From the sequence record SRR20825019_1501: 45,469 bases of DNA, one strand, 5' to 3'. Of this stretch, positions 27,501 to 36,225 are shown one piece after another. Below the pieces are notes generated by a model. The model was not told where the DNA came from and searched no databases. It saw nothing but the letters and a program-made list of their open reading frames with translations. Made by a program: the position numbers and the translations under genes. The first letter of the stretch is position 1; every line of letters starts with the position of its first letter.

Positions 27501-28287
27501 AAATCCTGACTTTAACCGCGACGCTTTCTCGCTTGCCTTCAACTACGATGACGAGGAATCCGGCATCAACGCGCGAATGAAGGGGGAGACCCGCTTCCAG
27601 AGTTCCAGTGACGGTAAACGTGATGTCGACAGCTATCTGGCAACCGGTTACCTGAACTACAAGACCAACGAAAACTGGCGGTTGCTGACAAGCATCGATG
27701 CTGTCTGGAACAATGTCGGCGAAAACGCGACGGCCTCAGTCGCTGATTATGTGGAAGCAACGGCCGGCTATGCCTATCGCCCGATCGACAATGATCGTCT
27801 CAATGCGCTTTTCCGCTATACCTTCCTTTATGACATGCCGACCGCCAACACGTCTGCGGTATACGGAGACAGGGACGGGCCTGCACAGCGGGCGCATATC
27901 CTGAATGCAGATGTTTCCTATGACTTCACGAAACAGCTGACGCTGGGCGCCAAGTATGGTTTCCGCATCGGTGAAACGAAAAGCAGGCTTACAGATCCTG
28001 TATACGGAAGCTATTATTCGGATTGGGAAAACTCAAGCATGCATCTGGCGGTGTTGCGCGCCGACTTCCACATCGTCAACAATTGGGACTTCCTCGCTGA
28101 AGGACGCGCGCTGTTTACACCATCTTCCAATACGACAGACCTTGGAGCTCTGACGGCCCTTTACCGGCACTTCGGAAATAATATTAAAGTTGGTGTCGGC
28201 TACAACTTTGCAGATTTCAGCGACGATCTGCGCGATCAGACTTATGACAATCGTGGGTGGTTCCTGAATATCGTAGGCAAGATATAG
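24589..28287 (+). CDS. Large exported protein, probable outer-membrane beta-barrel partner of the DUF11 adhesin
   Basis: Signal peptide. The C-terminal ~650 aa consists of alternating G/Y-rich beta-strands ending GWFLNIVGKI. Starts 11 nt after the adhesin stop. Confidence 0.75.
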   Translation: MTTSNQAVTRTANITFKKSLFLFGFCAAALPWPAANVAFAEDAPVPFAIAVDGQPLVIEGQPGGVVKTARRAGRVENKAGKVDIEVKYDGLDADPVLNVNTLDANRAYRMGESVSFVTSSNYPAFISKAEIRIFGDNDNVTPDSMPISVVPVRLNGATMWQLPPLPEAKDHLIYVLRVYGDNGLYDETRPRQIELSNDNTRMDAMSSLESRQSVADAMNDTQGALDLSADYTNTRNISINGGKVTVYGSNVPDGYSVEAFNDNVPIEDGRFVMQRILPAGDSDIDVTVRKPDGEDALQFSRDVDIPDSEWFYVGLADFTVGHNSGSDNVEDVRPGEYDEVYTKGRLTYYLKGKIKGKYLLTSSADTGEGDLKDIFSDMGEKNARDALKNLSPDDYYPVYGDDSEAVDDAPTRGKFFVRLQHNNSQVMWGDYKVKIDGTELQRSDRALYGAQAVYQPDKATSFGVPKTKVQVYGAQPDTLTATDQFLGTGGSIYFLNHDDLLANSETLTVEVRDSDTGVIRNTATLVYGQDYTIDYIDGRIMLNNPLNSKTGTAAAVSDGAVGGNNVYLVAQYDYEPDSNDVDGYVYGGRAEQWLGEHVRVGVTGSSDSTGDVSSSAYGGDIRLRYTDKTYIDGEIANTDGPASGQSISTDGGLTFSEMNTRSIDKGALGWRIAGQADLSDFNEAAEGLLKGYFEHKDAGFTSLTDDLDAPETKWGVSADDLTINDYLSLSMSYDYYVRDSYYNEESSSIVAGRQKQQGDVTLTQQLNAKLALSYGLGYTVQRDPSETTAGAYGSNGERLDGGLRLTYTLDDDISTVYAFGQATTYREGNIDRNDRLGVGTSYQWTERVGLNGEVSYGTTGIGGLAGISYRPNDSDRYYVNYVVDPDRSSDWARSYDLYGNDLGTVVVGAEKKVDDMWSVYAENNYDLYGERVTTSKGYGIKFAPDAIITVDAQYQGGFVEDDTIDETTGLKNPDFNRDAFSLAFNYDDEESGINARMKGETRFQSSSDGKRDVDSYLATGYLNYKTNENWRLLTSIDAVWNNVGENATASVADYVEATAGYAYRPIDNDRLNALFRYTFLYDMPTANTSAVYGDRDGPAQRAHILNADVSYDFTKQLTLGAKYGFRIGETKSRLTDPVYGSYYSDWENSSMHLAVLRADFHIVNNWDFLAEGRALFTPSSNTTDLGALTALYRHFGNNIKVGVGYNFADFSDDLRDQTYDNRGWFLNIVGKI

Positions 28288-28439
28288 TAGCGTGGATTTG
28301 GCATGTGGTTTCCGTTTCGGTGGTCTCACCCAGCAGGTGTCAAATTCGAGAGCCCCGCGAGCCTCCGGAAGCTGAGGGCTGCTCTTTATCTCCCATGAAC
28401 GAGGAGTTGAATTTTCGTCCCGCATGTCTCAAGCGATAT

Positions 28440-28465
28440 CCCCGGCGCCCATACGCCGGGGTTTT
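28440..28465 (+). terminator. Rho-independent terminator
   Basis: CCCCGGCG-CCCATA-CGCCGGGG followed by TTTTG. Confidence 0.7.
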
Positions 28466-28666
28466 GTTGCGCCTGTGTCACAGAAGCCAATACAATTATG
28501 AATGGTACCGGTATCATTTTTTCTTATTTATGTTGCAGGTCTTTCGCGCCATTTTTATGACACTTTTGGACCGGCATGGAGTGGAAACATAGGAATATGA
28601 CAAGATCATCAAGTAAATATATAACCTATATATTTCACTTGAGCTGTTCGGGATCGGTAGCTTTAG

Positions 28667-29260
28667 ATGGTGGTTATGACGCAAGCCTCTTTCGAGAAAG
28701 GGAAACATGGCAGATCAGGACTGGAGGTAGCGGGAAGTGGCGGTGGTTCGGGAATGGAAATGCACGAGCACGGCGACGTGCTGATTTGCGCTGGGAATAA
28801 CCATTTTTGCGGCGGTCAGTCTGTCTGCGAGGTCATACAGAGTTCCGCACGGGCACTTGCAGATCTTGGCTTTTGCGGAGCTGCGGTTACAACGCCTGTC
28901 AGACTATGGCGGAGACCATTTATCGTCTCCGGCTATCCGGAAAATTGGCAGCAGTGCTACGCGCTTGAGCACCTGGAGCAAATCGACCCTGTACACCTTG
29001 AGCCGCTCCCGAATCTGAGGCTCGTTTGCTGGGACCAGTTCGACCAGGACAGGCACATGTACTACCTGTTCCAGCAGAGAAAACACGGTATTCAGTTCGG
29101 GTTTTCGATGAAGCTGATGTTTTCCAACGCGCTGGCGCTCTATTTCAGTGCCTACAAAAGAGGCGCAGGGTATATCGGCACAGCTGAACGCAGCTCTCTG
29201 GAGCATCTCGCACGCGATACGCTTCTGGCTGTGGGGCGTGCTACTCTTCAACGATTCTAG
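28667..29260 (+). CDS. Stand-alone LuxR-family autoinducer-binding domain protein (no HTH)
   Basis: SGYPENWQQCY...QIDPV...LVCW...KHGIQFGFS. The start is uncertain (may be 28754 or 28760). Confidence 0.72.
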   Translation: MVVMTQASFEKGKHGRSGLEVAGSGGGSGMEMHEHGDVLICAGNNHFCGGQSVCEVIQSSARALADLGFCGAAVTTPVRLWRRPFIVSGYPENWQQCYALEHLEQIDPVHLEPLPNLRLVCWDQFDQDRHMYYLFQQRKHGIQFGFSMKLMFSNALALYFSAYKRGAGYIGTAERSSLEHLARDTLLAVGRATLQRF

Positions 29261-29822
29261 GGTCGCCGGTAAAGTCGATTTCGTATTTCTCAATGAAGCG
29301 CTTCACGTATTCGGCATTCGGCCGCGCTCCACCACTTTCCGCCTCAACTTCATTGATGATCATGTCATGCATGTTGAGCGTGGTGGTGAGGATGTTGGTG
29401 AGTTGGCGGCGAACGCCAAACTCCGTAATTGACACCTGCAGGATGGTATCGAGGAGCGCCCGCGAATATACGCGGCCATCCGGCAGATTCCCGAACTTGT
29501 CATCATCTGGCTTATCGTTATCCGGCTCATAACTGTAAATCATGTGCCGAAGCGTATGCAGGCTGTTCATGATGGCATTCAGCTCTTTTTCTGAATGGAC
29601 CCGAAAGTCATCAAAATCCGTGAATTCACCATCGGCCGCCAGAAGCTCGTCTTCTGCCACTCCCAGAAGAATCGCAAGCTGCTTCGTGCGTTTTACGGAA
29701 GGCCGTTTTCCGCCTTCACTTTCCCAATTTGCCACGGTTGCCTGTGACACACCGAGGCGCTCCGCCAGCTGTGCCTGAGTTAATCGCGCTTTCTGCCGCG
29801 CGGTCTTGAGCTTGCCTGTCAA
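29241..29822 (-). CDS. XRE-family (HTH_3) transcriptional regulator
   Basis: LKTARQKARLTQAQLAERLGVSQATVANWESEG..PS. TTG start with GAGGA RBS. Confidence 0.9.
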   Translation of the reverse strand: MTGKLKTARQKARLTQAQLAERLGVSQATVANWESEGGKRPSVKRTKQLAILLGVAEDELLAADGEFTDFDDFRVHSEKELNAIMNSLHTLRHMIYSYEPDNDKPDDDKFGNLPDGRVYSRALLDTILQVSITEFGVRRQLTNILTTTLNMHDMIINEVEAESGGARPNAEYVKRFIEKYEIDFTGDPRIVEE

Positions 29823-29933
29823 ATCGAATTCCTCTGGAATATAACCGTCAATAACGTTTGGTCAGCATCTTTTCAATAAGAAATTAATAGGCTATATATT
29901 ACCCAGTATATCCCTTAATCATCTACAAGTTAG

Positions 29934-29955
29934 TGGCTATAATCAAAAATAGCCA
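29934..29955. promoter_or_regulatory. Palindromic candidate operator TGGCTAT-N8-ATAGCCA
   Basis: Perfect 7-bp inverted repeat in the AT-rich region upstream of the XRE gene. Confidence 0.4.
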
Positions 29956-30327
29956 GAAGGTCTGAAGATGCAAATGCAATTGCCGCTGTTCCGAACGGCC
30001 GCTTCATCGTCGAATGTCACTCCGCTGAAGCGTCGATATCCAATAGGGGCGGTCTTGGGTTGTTTTCCGGCATCTCAATCTGCCGGAATGGATAACAGAT
30101 GAGCGACGGCCTGCTTTGCGCGCAGGAAACAGGCGCCAGAGCTTGGCGGCAAGTAGCTTGCTGGGCTTCTGTACGATTTCCAAACACTTTTAGCAGTTTC
30201 GAACCATGCGATGCAAATGCCGCATCTTGTGATTGAAATCATGGAATTTTCAGTCAATTTTTATCATCCACCTATATGTCGCGCGTGCTTGCGCACTGGC
30301 ATCATCAAACGACTAAAAGGATAGGCT

Positions 30328-30948
30328 ATGAGATCTGACAAGACATGCGCAGACAAGGCTTATGATTACATCCGCGATAGTATTCTCGCTGGCCGGTACG
30401 GCGCCGGAACCCCGCTCAATCCTAACGCAATAGCCCGTGAAATTGCTTGCAGTGTTGTGCCTGTGCGAGAAGCCCTGATCCGGTTGAAAGCCAGAGGTGT
30501 ACTGTCGCAAAGCAGGCGCTCTGAGTGTTACGTCTCATCTCTGGAGCCACGGGAAGCCGCAACGATCTACCGTGCGATAGCAGCCATTTATACCAGTGCG
30601 ATTGAACGTTACATCAGAACGAGAAGCCTGACACTCAAGGCGCTCAGTCCGCATGAACGAACCGAAAAAATCCAACTTGAGGACTGCCGTCATTTCATTG
30701 ATAAAGTCAGCCGCTCCATTCTCACCAAGAATGAGTATGAAGTTGTCTATGTTCTGGTAGACCGGCTTTGCTTGGTAAATGCGCTAATATTTCAAAATGA
30801 CTTTTATCTTGAGCGGATAACGCGCGAATTTTCAGAGATTGTTGCTCTTACAGCAGAATTCAACTGCGATGCAATCGTCCAATACAGGCAGCTGATTGAT
30901 TATCTCATTGCCGAAGTCGAAAATGAGATACAGCGAAAGGTAATATAA
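30328..30948 (+). CDS. GntR-family transcriptional regulator (divergent C-terminal domain)
   Basis: AYDYIRDSILAGRYGAGTPL...IAREIACSVVPVREALIRLKARG. RBS AAGGA. Confidence 0.85.
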   Translation: MRSDKTCADKAYDYIRDSILAGRYGAGTPLNPNAIAREIACSVVPVREALIRLKARGVLSQSRRSECYVSSLEPREAATIYRAIAAIYTSAIERYIRTRSLTLKALSPHERTEKIQLEDCRHFIDKVSRSILTKNEYEVVYVLVDRLCLVNALIFQNDFYLERITREFSEIVALTAEFNCDAIVQYRQLIDYLIAEVENEIQRKVI

Positions 30949-31105
30949 CCGGGCATTCCAATTTAACCGGTTCCTCGGCCCGTTAGTCCGATCCGACTGA
31001 CCTGCTTTCCGCCCGCGCTTCTTTTGGGCAACGGGAATTACATCTCAAAGCAGAGCAGCTGGTCCTGGACCCTGCAGCCTTATGTTTCCGGTGTGGCTTT
31101 CAAAT

Positions 31106-31516
31106 TCACGACCCGTTCTCCGCGTCGATTTCGGCGAAAACGGCTCGCGCGGATCGCATGGCATCAAGGGATGCAGGAGCACCGCAGTAGATTGCACCCT
31201 GCAGGATTGTCTCCACAACTTCCTCTCGGGTGAGGCCGTTGTTGAGCGCGCCACGGACATGGAGCTTGAACTCAGCTGAGCGGTTCAGAGCCATCATCAT
31301 GCCTAGATTCAGGACGCTCCGCATCCGGCGTTCCAAACCGGGGCGGCTCCAGATTTCACCCCAACACCATTCGGTGAGCAGCTTTTGCAGAGGCGCGGAG
31401 GCGTCATCCGCAGTTGCAATCGAGCGGTCTACATATTCGCCACCAAGCACTTCGCGTCGGATCTGCAAGCCCTTTTCGAACTGTTCTCCTTGAAATTCCG
31501 GGCGTTTTTGGGTCAT
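31106..31516 (-). CDS. Carboxymuconolactone decarboxylase (CMD/AhpD) family protein
   Basis: GLQIRREVLG, WGEIWSRPGL, LHVRGALNNG, IYCGAPA. RBS GGAGG. Confidence 0.9.
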   Translation of the reverse strand: MTQKRPEFQGEQFEKGLQIRREVLGGEYVDRSIATADDASAPLQKLLTEWCWGEIWSRPGLERRMRSVLNLGMMMALNRSAEFKLHVRGALNNGLTREEVVETILQGAIYCGAPASLDAMRSARAVFAEIDAENGS

Positions 31517-31612
31517 GTCGTGCTTCCTCCATCCTGATGATATCTGTGTTTTGAAATGTGTAACCTGTCGCCGTGGTTCGGCGCTTGAGCGCCGTCTTAA
31601 GCTTTCTGTAAA

Positions 31613-33160
31613 TCAATCGCTCGCGGTCATTGTCCGGGCAAAAGTCTCGGCAATTGCCAGAACGGCTGCGTGTATTGGCCCCGCAGTAAGGTTGGGCATG
31701 ACCGAGGCGTCGACCACATGAAGATTGTCGAGTGAGTGGAGCCGCAGATCCGGATCGACAACGGCTGTCTCGTCTCTGCCCATTCTGCAGGTGCCGCAGG
31801 GATGGTGGTGCGTGATAACCGCGTTTGCGATGAAATCGTCGATCTCGGCCCTGCTGTTGAGGGCGCCGGGGCGTAGTTCGCGATCCCGCCATCCAGCCAG
31901 TTCACTCGCGTGACCGATCGTTCGTGCGGCAGCGAGAGCCTCGCGGAACAGGCCACGATCACGCTCGGTTTGCAGGTAGGCGGGATCAATGATCAACCGG
32001 TCACCGGGTTCCAGGCCACTGATTTGAAGACTGCCGCGGCTTGTAGGGTGGGTGACCCCAAAAAGCAGCGAGTACGCCGTCCCCGCATCCGGGGCCTGAA
32101 AGCGTTCGGATACGATTGGCGCCACCCCGCAACCAACGACGATATCGGGCTGCCCTGTGGCGGCGAAGCTGCCAGCTCTCATATAGGCCATTGATTCCGA
32201 ATGCTGGAGGTGCGAGGGCGGAAGGTGTTTGCGTGTCGCATAAAGGTTGCCCGCACCCAGCAGATGGTCCTGCAGATCACGGCCAATTCCCGGCATGTCA
32301 ATGAGGCAATCCACCCCCGCGGCTACGAGAACTTCATGCGGCCCGATGCCTGAACGCATCAGCAGGGCCGGGCTTTCCAATGCGCCTGCACACAAGACTA
32401 TCCTGTCGGCGGAGATGCGGATCGGGCCGTTTGGGCCGAGAACCTCGACTTCGTCTACCCGATTGTTCCCAAGAGCGATCCGCCGGGCCGTGGCGTCCGT
32501 TAAAATCGTAAGGTTTTCGCGGGCACGAACCTTCGGCGTCAGCCATGCGTCGGCCACCATCACCCGCTTTCCGTCGCGGATGTTCATCGAATTTGGCGTA
32601 ACGCCAATCATCTCACCGTCATTGTGGCCCTGAAGGCGGGGCAGGCCGAGTGCGGCGCCGGCAGCAATGAAGTCATGGGTAAGCGGGCTGATCTCCGCGT
32701 CTGTCCTGTGGATGGGCAGGGGGCCGCCCTTCTGTCCCATGATCTCGCGATCTTCGTTTGCCTCAAAGGCGGGCAGAAGCCCTTCCCAGCTCCATCGGGA
32801 ATTGCCTGTTGCCTCGGCCCAGGGGGCAAAATCGTCGGGGTGTCCCCGCATGTATCCCATCGCATGCAGGCAGCTTGATCCGCCGACAAGACGGCCGCGT
32901 GCCCAGTGATGAACCCTGCCGGCGGTGCCCGTCTGCGGTTCCGTCCGGTAATCCCAGTCGTAGCTGCGGCCCTGAAGCGCTGGCCAGGCCGCCGGATTCC
33001 AGATGTCGGGATCTGTCGCTTCGTTGCCGGCTTCAAGCAGAAGCACGCTTCGGGCCGGGTTCTCGCTCAGTCGTGCGGCCAGCAGCGCCCCGGCTGATCC
33101 GCCGCCAATGATCAGAACGTCAGCATTCATGCTGCCTGCTGAAGTAATCGTAACCATCAC
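31613..33160 (-). CDS. pno: Pyridoxine 4-oxidase (GMC oxidoreductase, Mll6785-like)
   Basis: GGGSAG FAD motif. DPDIWNPAAWPALQGRSYDWDY, GGSSCLHAMGYMRG and THHHPCGT match M. loti PNO as I recall it, and the cluster context agrees. Confidence 0.9.
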   Translation of the reverse strand: MMVTITSAGSMNADVLIIGGGSAGALLAARLSENPARSVLLLEAGNEATDPDIWNPAAWPALQGRSYDWDYRTEPQTGTAGRVHHWARGRLVGGSSCLHAMGYMRGHPDDFAPWAEATGNSRWSWEGLLPAFEANEDREIMGQKGGPLPIHRTDAEISPLTHDFIAAGAALGLPRLQGHNDGEMIGVTPNSMNIRDGKRVMVADAWLTPKVRARENLTILTDATARRIALGNNRVDEVEVLGPNGPIRISADRIVLCAGALESPALLMRSGIGPHEVLVAAGVDCLIDMPGIGRDLQDHLLGAGNLYATRKHLPPSHLQHSESMAYMRAGSFAATGQPDIVVGCGVAPIVSERFQAPDAGTAYSLLFGVTHPTSRGSLQISGLEPGDRLIIDPAYLQTERDRGLFREALAAARTIGHASELAGWRDRELRPGALNSRAEIDDFIANAVITHHHPCGTCRMGRDETAVVDPDLRLHSLDNLHVVDASVMPNLTAGPIHAAVLAIAETFARTMTASD

Positions 33161-33217
33161 TGATCTCCTTTCTTCGCTACCGGGATTGGGAGCGCAGAGA
33201 TCGCCTCGTAAAAAGCA

Positions 33218-33290
33218 GGACGCTCTAACCTATTGAATCTGCGCATCGTGCTTTCCGAAAATCGAAATCGATTTTCGGGCCGATGCGCTA
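33218..33290 (+). repeat. Palindromic intergenic mosaic (RIME/REP-like) element, copy 3
   Basis: GGACGCTCTAACCTATTGAATCT followed by GCGCATCG..CCGAAAATCG-AAAT-CGATTTTCGGGCCGATGCGC. Matches the linker and module B of copy 2. Confidence 0.8.
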
Positions 33291-33959
33291 GCTGCCGCCG
33301 TCCACGGATTTCTTCGCCGCCGCCATGGCCTTGAGAATGTGTTTGCGTGAGGCTTTTCGGGCGGCTTTTTCGTCGCCTGCGGCGATGGATTCGTAAATCT
33401 CCCTCATCTCCGCCAGGCTGCTTTGGGCCCGGCCTTCCAGCGACATGGATCGCGATCTGAAGAGGCTGATCCGGGCAACCAGGCCGCGATGTATCTCCTC
33501 AAGGATCGGATTTCCGCAATTGGCGAGAATAATGGAGTAGAAGTCGGCTGCCGTCGTCACCCGCGCGACGCCGTCATTGCTGGAGGCAGCGGCCTCGAAT
33601 GCAGACAGCGCCTGTTCAAGTGCGCGCAGCTGTTCTTCCGATATTCGCTGGGAGCAGAGACCGACGGCCTCGACTTCCAGAAGCTCCCGCACCTCGTAGA
33701 TGGCGGTCACTTCTTCCCATGAAAGAGCGGGAATGGATGGGCCCCGGTTCGGCACGATGTCGATCAGGCGTTCGGCTGCTAGGCTGCGCAGAGCTTCCCG
33801 CAGGGACGGGCGGCTGATGCCGAGCTGAACGCATAACTGACTTTCGACAAGACGGCTGCCCGGCTCGAAAACGCCGGAGAAGATCGCGAGCCGCAGCTTG
33901 TCGACCGTTTCCTGCTGCACCGTGCGCGGCAGTACTCTCAAATTCAGGTCTGGAGGCAT
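33288..33959 (-). CDS. pyrR: GntR/FCD repressor of vitamin B6 degradation (PyrR, Mll6786-like)
   Basis: GntR HTH (LGISRPSLREALRSL) plus FCD domain. Probable ATG at 33959. Position between pno and the hydrolase is the same as in M. loti. Confidence 0.8.
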   Translation of the reverse strand: MPPDLNLRVLPRTVQQETVDKLRLAIFSGVFEPGSRLVESQLCVQLGISRPSLREALRSLAAERLIDIVPNRGPSIPALSWEEVTAIYEVRELLEVEAVGLCSQRISEEQLRALEQALSAFEAAASSNDGVARVTTAADFYSIILANCGNPILEEIHRGLVARISLFRSRSMSLEGRAQSSLAEMREIYESIAAGDEKAARKASRKHILKAMAAAKKSVDGGS

Positions 33960-34043
33960 TGTTTTGATCTCATCATAGGGATGGTGCAGCCAAGGGTAGT
34001 ATAGGCGAACGCACGCGGATTTAACAGCACAAACGGTCACACT

Positions 34044-34086
34044 GTCAATAAGTAAGATTGAAAGAATGTCAGACAATCTTATTGAC
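34044..34086. promoter_or_regulatory. Probable PyrR operator
   Basis: Near-palindrome GAATGTCAGACAATC (34064-34078), nested in the larger inverted repeat GTCAATAAG...CTTATTGAC, within the divergent promoter region. Confidence 0.7.
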
Positions 34087-34147
34087 GTATGTCTAATTTA
34101 TGTCATTCTTTCCCTCACGACAGACATTGATGCAGGGTTTGAGACAC

Positions 34148-34978
34148 ATGGTGGCAATCGCCTCGTACGAAGAGATGAAAATGCGTCGTATCGACGTCGG
34201 TGGCATCACTCTGAATGTTCGTGAGGCTGGTCGTGGTCCATTGATGCTTTTCTTTCACGGCATCACCGCCAATTCGGCAACGCTGGCGCCGCTGGCTGCT
34301 CGGTTCACTGATCGCTTCACGACCATCGCCGTTGATCAGCGTGGTCACGGCCTCAGCGACAAGCCCGAGAGCGGATATCAGGCGAGCGACTTTGCCGGTG
34401 ATATCGCCGCCCTGATCAAAGCCCTGGGCTGCGGGCCCGCCATTCTGGTCGGCCATTCCCTCGGTTCGCGCAACTCCGTCACCGCTGCCGCCCGGTATCC
34501 CGAACTGGTTCGTTCGGTCGTGGCGATCGACTTCACGCCGTATATAGAGGCGGAGGTCTTCGATGCGCTGGAGGCCCGGGTGAATGCGGGAGACCAGTTG
34601 TTCAGCGATCTGGGGACGGTGGAAGCCTATCTCGCCGCCCGATATCCGAACATTCCGACGCCTGCCATCAGGATCAGAGCAAAGAGCGGCTACCAGAAGG
34701 TTGAAGGCGGGCTTCGTCCGCTGGCGTCGCCCTCTGCCATGGCCCAGACCGCCGCCGGGCTGCGCGCCGACCTTGCTCAGGCCTATCGCGATCTTCGCAG
34801 GCCCACCCTTCTCATGCGGGGCGGGAAAAGCAAGCTGGTTTCGGCCGCGGCGCTGGTGCAGACCAGCCAGTTGCGGCCCGATCTTCCGGTCGTCGTCGTT
34901 CCCGGCGCCGATCATTACGTCAACGAGGTGTCTCCGGACATCACCTTCAGGGCAATCACCAACTTCATTGATGCCTGA
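34148..34978 (+). CDS. 2-(acetamidomethylene)succinate hydrolase (alpha/beta hydrolase, Mlr6787-like)
   Basis: FFHGIT, nucleophile elbow GHSLG, GADHYVNE and cluster position. Start uncertain. Confidence 0.88.
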   Translation: MVAIASYEEMKMRRIDVGGITLNVREAGRGPLMLFFHGITANSATLAPLAARFTDRFTTIAVDQRGHGLSDKPESGYQASDFAGDIAALIKALGCGPAILVGHSLGSRNSVTAAARYPELVRSVVAIDFTPYIEAEVFDALEARVNAGDQLFSDLGTVEAYLAARYPNIPTPAIRIRAKSGYQKVEGGLRPLASPSAMAQTAAGLRADLAQAYRDLRRPTLLMRGGKSKLVSAAALVQTSQLRPDLPVVVVPGADHYVNEVSPDITFRAITNFIDA

Positions 34979-35021
34979 GGGCGGGAATTCCGTTTCTTTC
35001 ATACGCAACAGGATTTGGACT

Positions 35022-36161
35022 ATGGCGAATGTAAACAAGACATCTGGAAAAGCACTTCGTGCGCAGGTCGCTGGCGCAGGCTTCGCTGGCCTGACTGCGG
35101 CCATCGCGCTCCGCCAAAACGGCTGGGATGTCACGTTGCATGAGCGGGATTCCGAGCTTCGCGCATTCGGTGCGGGTATCTATCTGTGGCACAATGGCCT
35201 GCGGGTTCTGGAGGCAGTCGGAGCACTTGACGACGTGCTTCTGGGGTCGCATACGCCGCCCACCTATGAGACCTGGATGCAGAACAAGTCGGTCTCCAGA
35301 GAAACCTTCAACGGCCTGCCATGGCGCATCATGACCCGTCGCCATCTGCATAATGCTCTGGTCAGGCGCGCCCGTGACGTCGGTGTTGAGTTTCGCGTCA
35401 ATTCCGAGGCCGTTTCCGCCGATGCGGATGGCCGGCTGACGCTCCAGACCGGCGAAGTCCTTGAAGCCGATCTGATCGTCGGTGCCGATGGTGTCGGCTC
35501 CAAGGTCCGTGACTCGCTGGGTTTCAAGCAGGATCGCTGGGTCTCTACCGACGGGATCATCCGTCTTATCGTTCCGCGCATGAAAAAAGAACTCGGCGAC
35601 GGCGAGTGGGACAATACGATCGACATGTGGAACTTCGAGCCACGCGTCCAGCGCATTCTGTATTCACCATGTAACGAAGACGAACTCTATCTCGGACTCA
35701 TGGCGCAGGCTGCCGATCCGCGCGGATCTCGCGTTCCGCTCGATCTGGAGGTCTGGGTCGAAATGTTCCCGTTCCTCGAACCCTGCCTCGTCGAGGCTGC
35801 GAAGCTGGAATCGGCCCGCTACGACAAATATGCGACCACCAAGCTCGATAGCTGGGTGAAGGGCAAGGTGGCGCTGGTTGGCGATGCTGCCCATGCCATG
35901 TGCCCGGCTCTCGCCCAGGGTGCGGGTTGCGCGATGGTCAATGCCTTCAGCCTGTCTCAGGATCTTGCCGAGCAGTCTTCGGTCGAAGATGCGTTGGCAT
36001 CCTGGGAAAAGCGTATCCGTCCGATCACGGATCGCTGCCAGGCGCTCTCGGGTGAGTATGCGGCAAACCGCTCGCTTTCCAAGGGTAACATGTTCACGCC
36101 CGCAGCTCTTGAGGCGGCGCGCTACGATCCCATTCGCCGTGTCTACTCATGGCCACAGTAA
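35022..36161 (+). CDS. 2-methyl-3-hydroxypyridine-5-carboxylate oxygenase (MHPCO, Mlr6788-like)
   Basis: 379 aa, MANVNKT...VAGAGFAGLTAAIAL, ADGVGS, GDAAHAMCPALAQGAG, ending RVYSWPQ. Confidence 0.93.
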   Translation: MANVNKTSGKALRAQVAGAGFAGLTAAIALRQNGWDVTLHERDSELRAFGAGIYLWHNGLRVLEAVGALDDVLLGSHTPPTYETWMQNKSVSRETFNGLPWRIMTRRHLHNALVRRARDVGVEFRVNSEAVSADADGRLTLQTGEVLEADLIVGADGVGSKVRDSLGFKQDRWVSTDGIIRLIVPRMKKELGDGEWDNTIDMWNFEPRVQRILYSPCNEDELYLGLMAQAADPRGSRVPLDLEVWVEMFPFLEPCLVEAAKLESARYDKYATTKLDSWVKGKVALVGDAAHAMCPALAQGAGCAMVNAFSLSQDLAEQSSVEDALASWEKRIRPITDRCQALSGEYAANRSLSKGNMFTPAALEAARYDPIRRVYSWPQ

Positions 36162-36225
36162 TGACTGTCACCAGCTACAGGAAGACTTGCGCGCGTCTGG
36201 GCTGCGCGTTCCCAAGGAGAAAGAA

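Noticed and set aside
28678-28735. GACGCAAGCCTC...GGTAGCGGG resembling part of a c-di-GMP-I riboswitch
   Set aside because: The 5' GGxAAAC / GNRA-loop stem and the receptor motif are absent.
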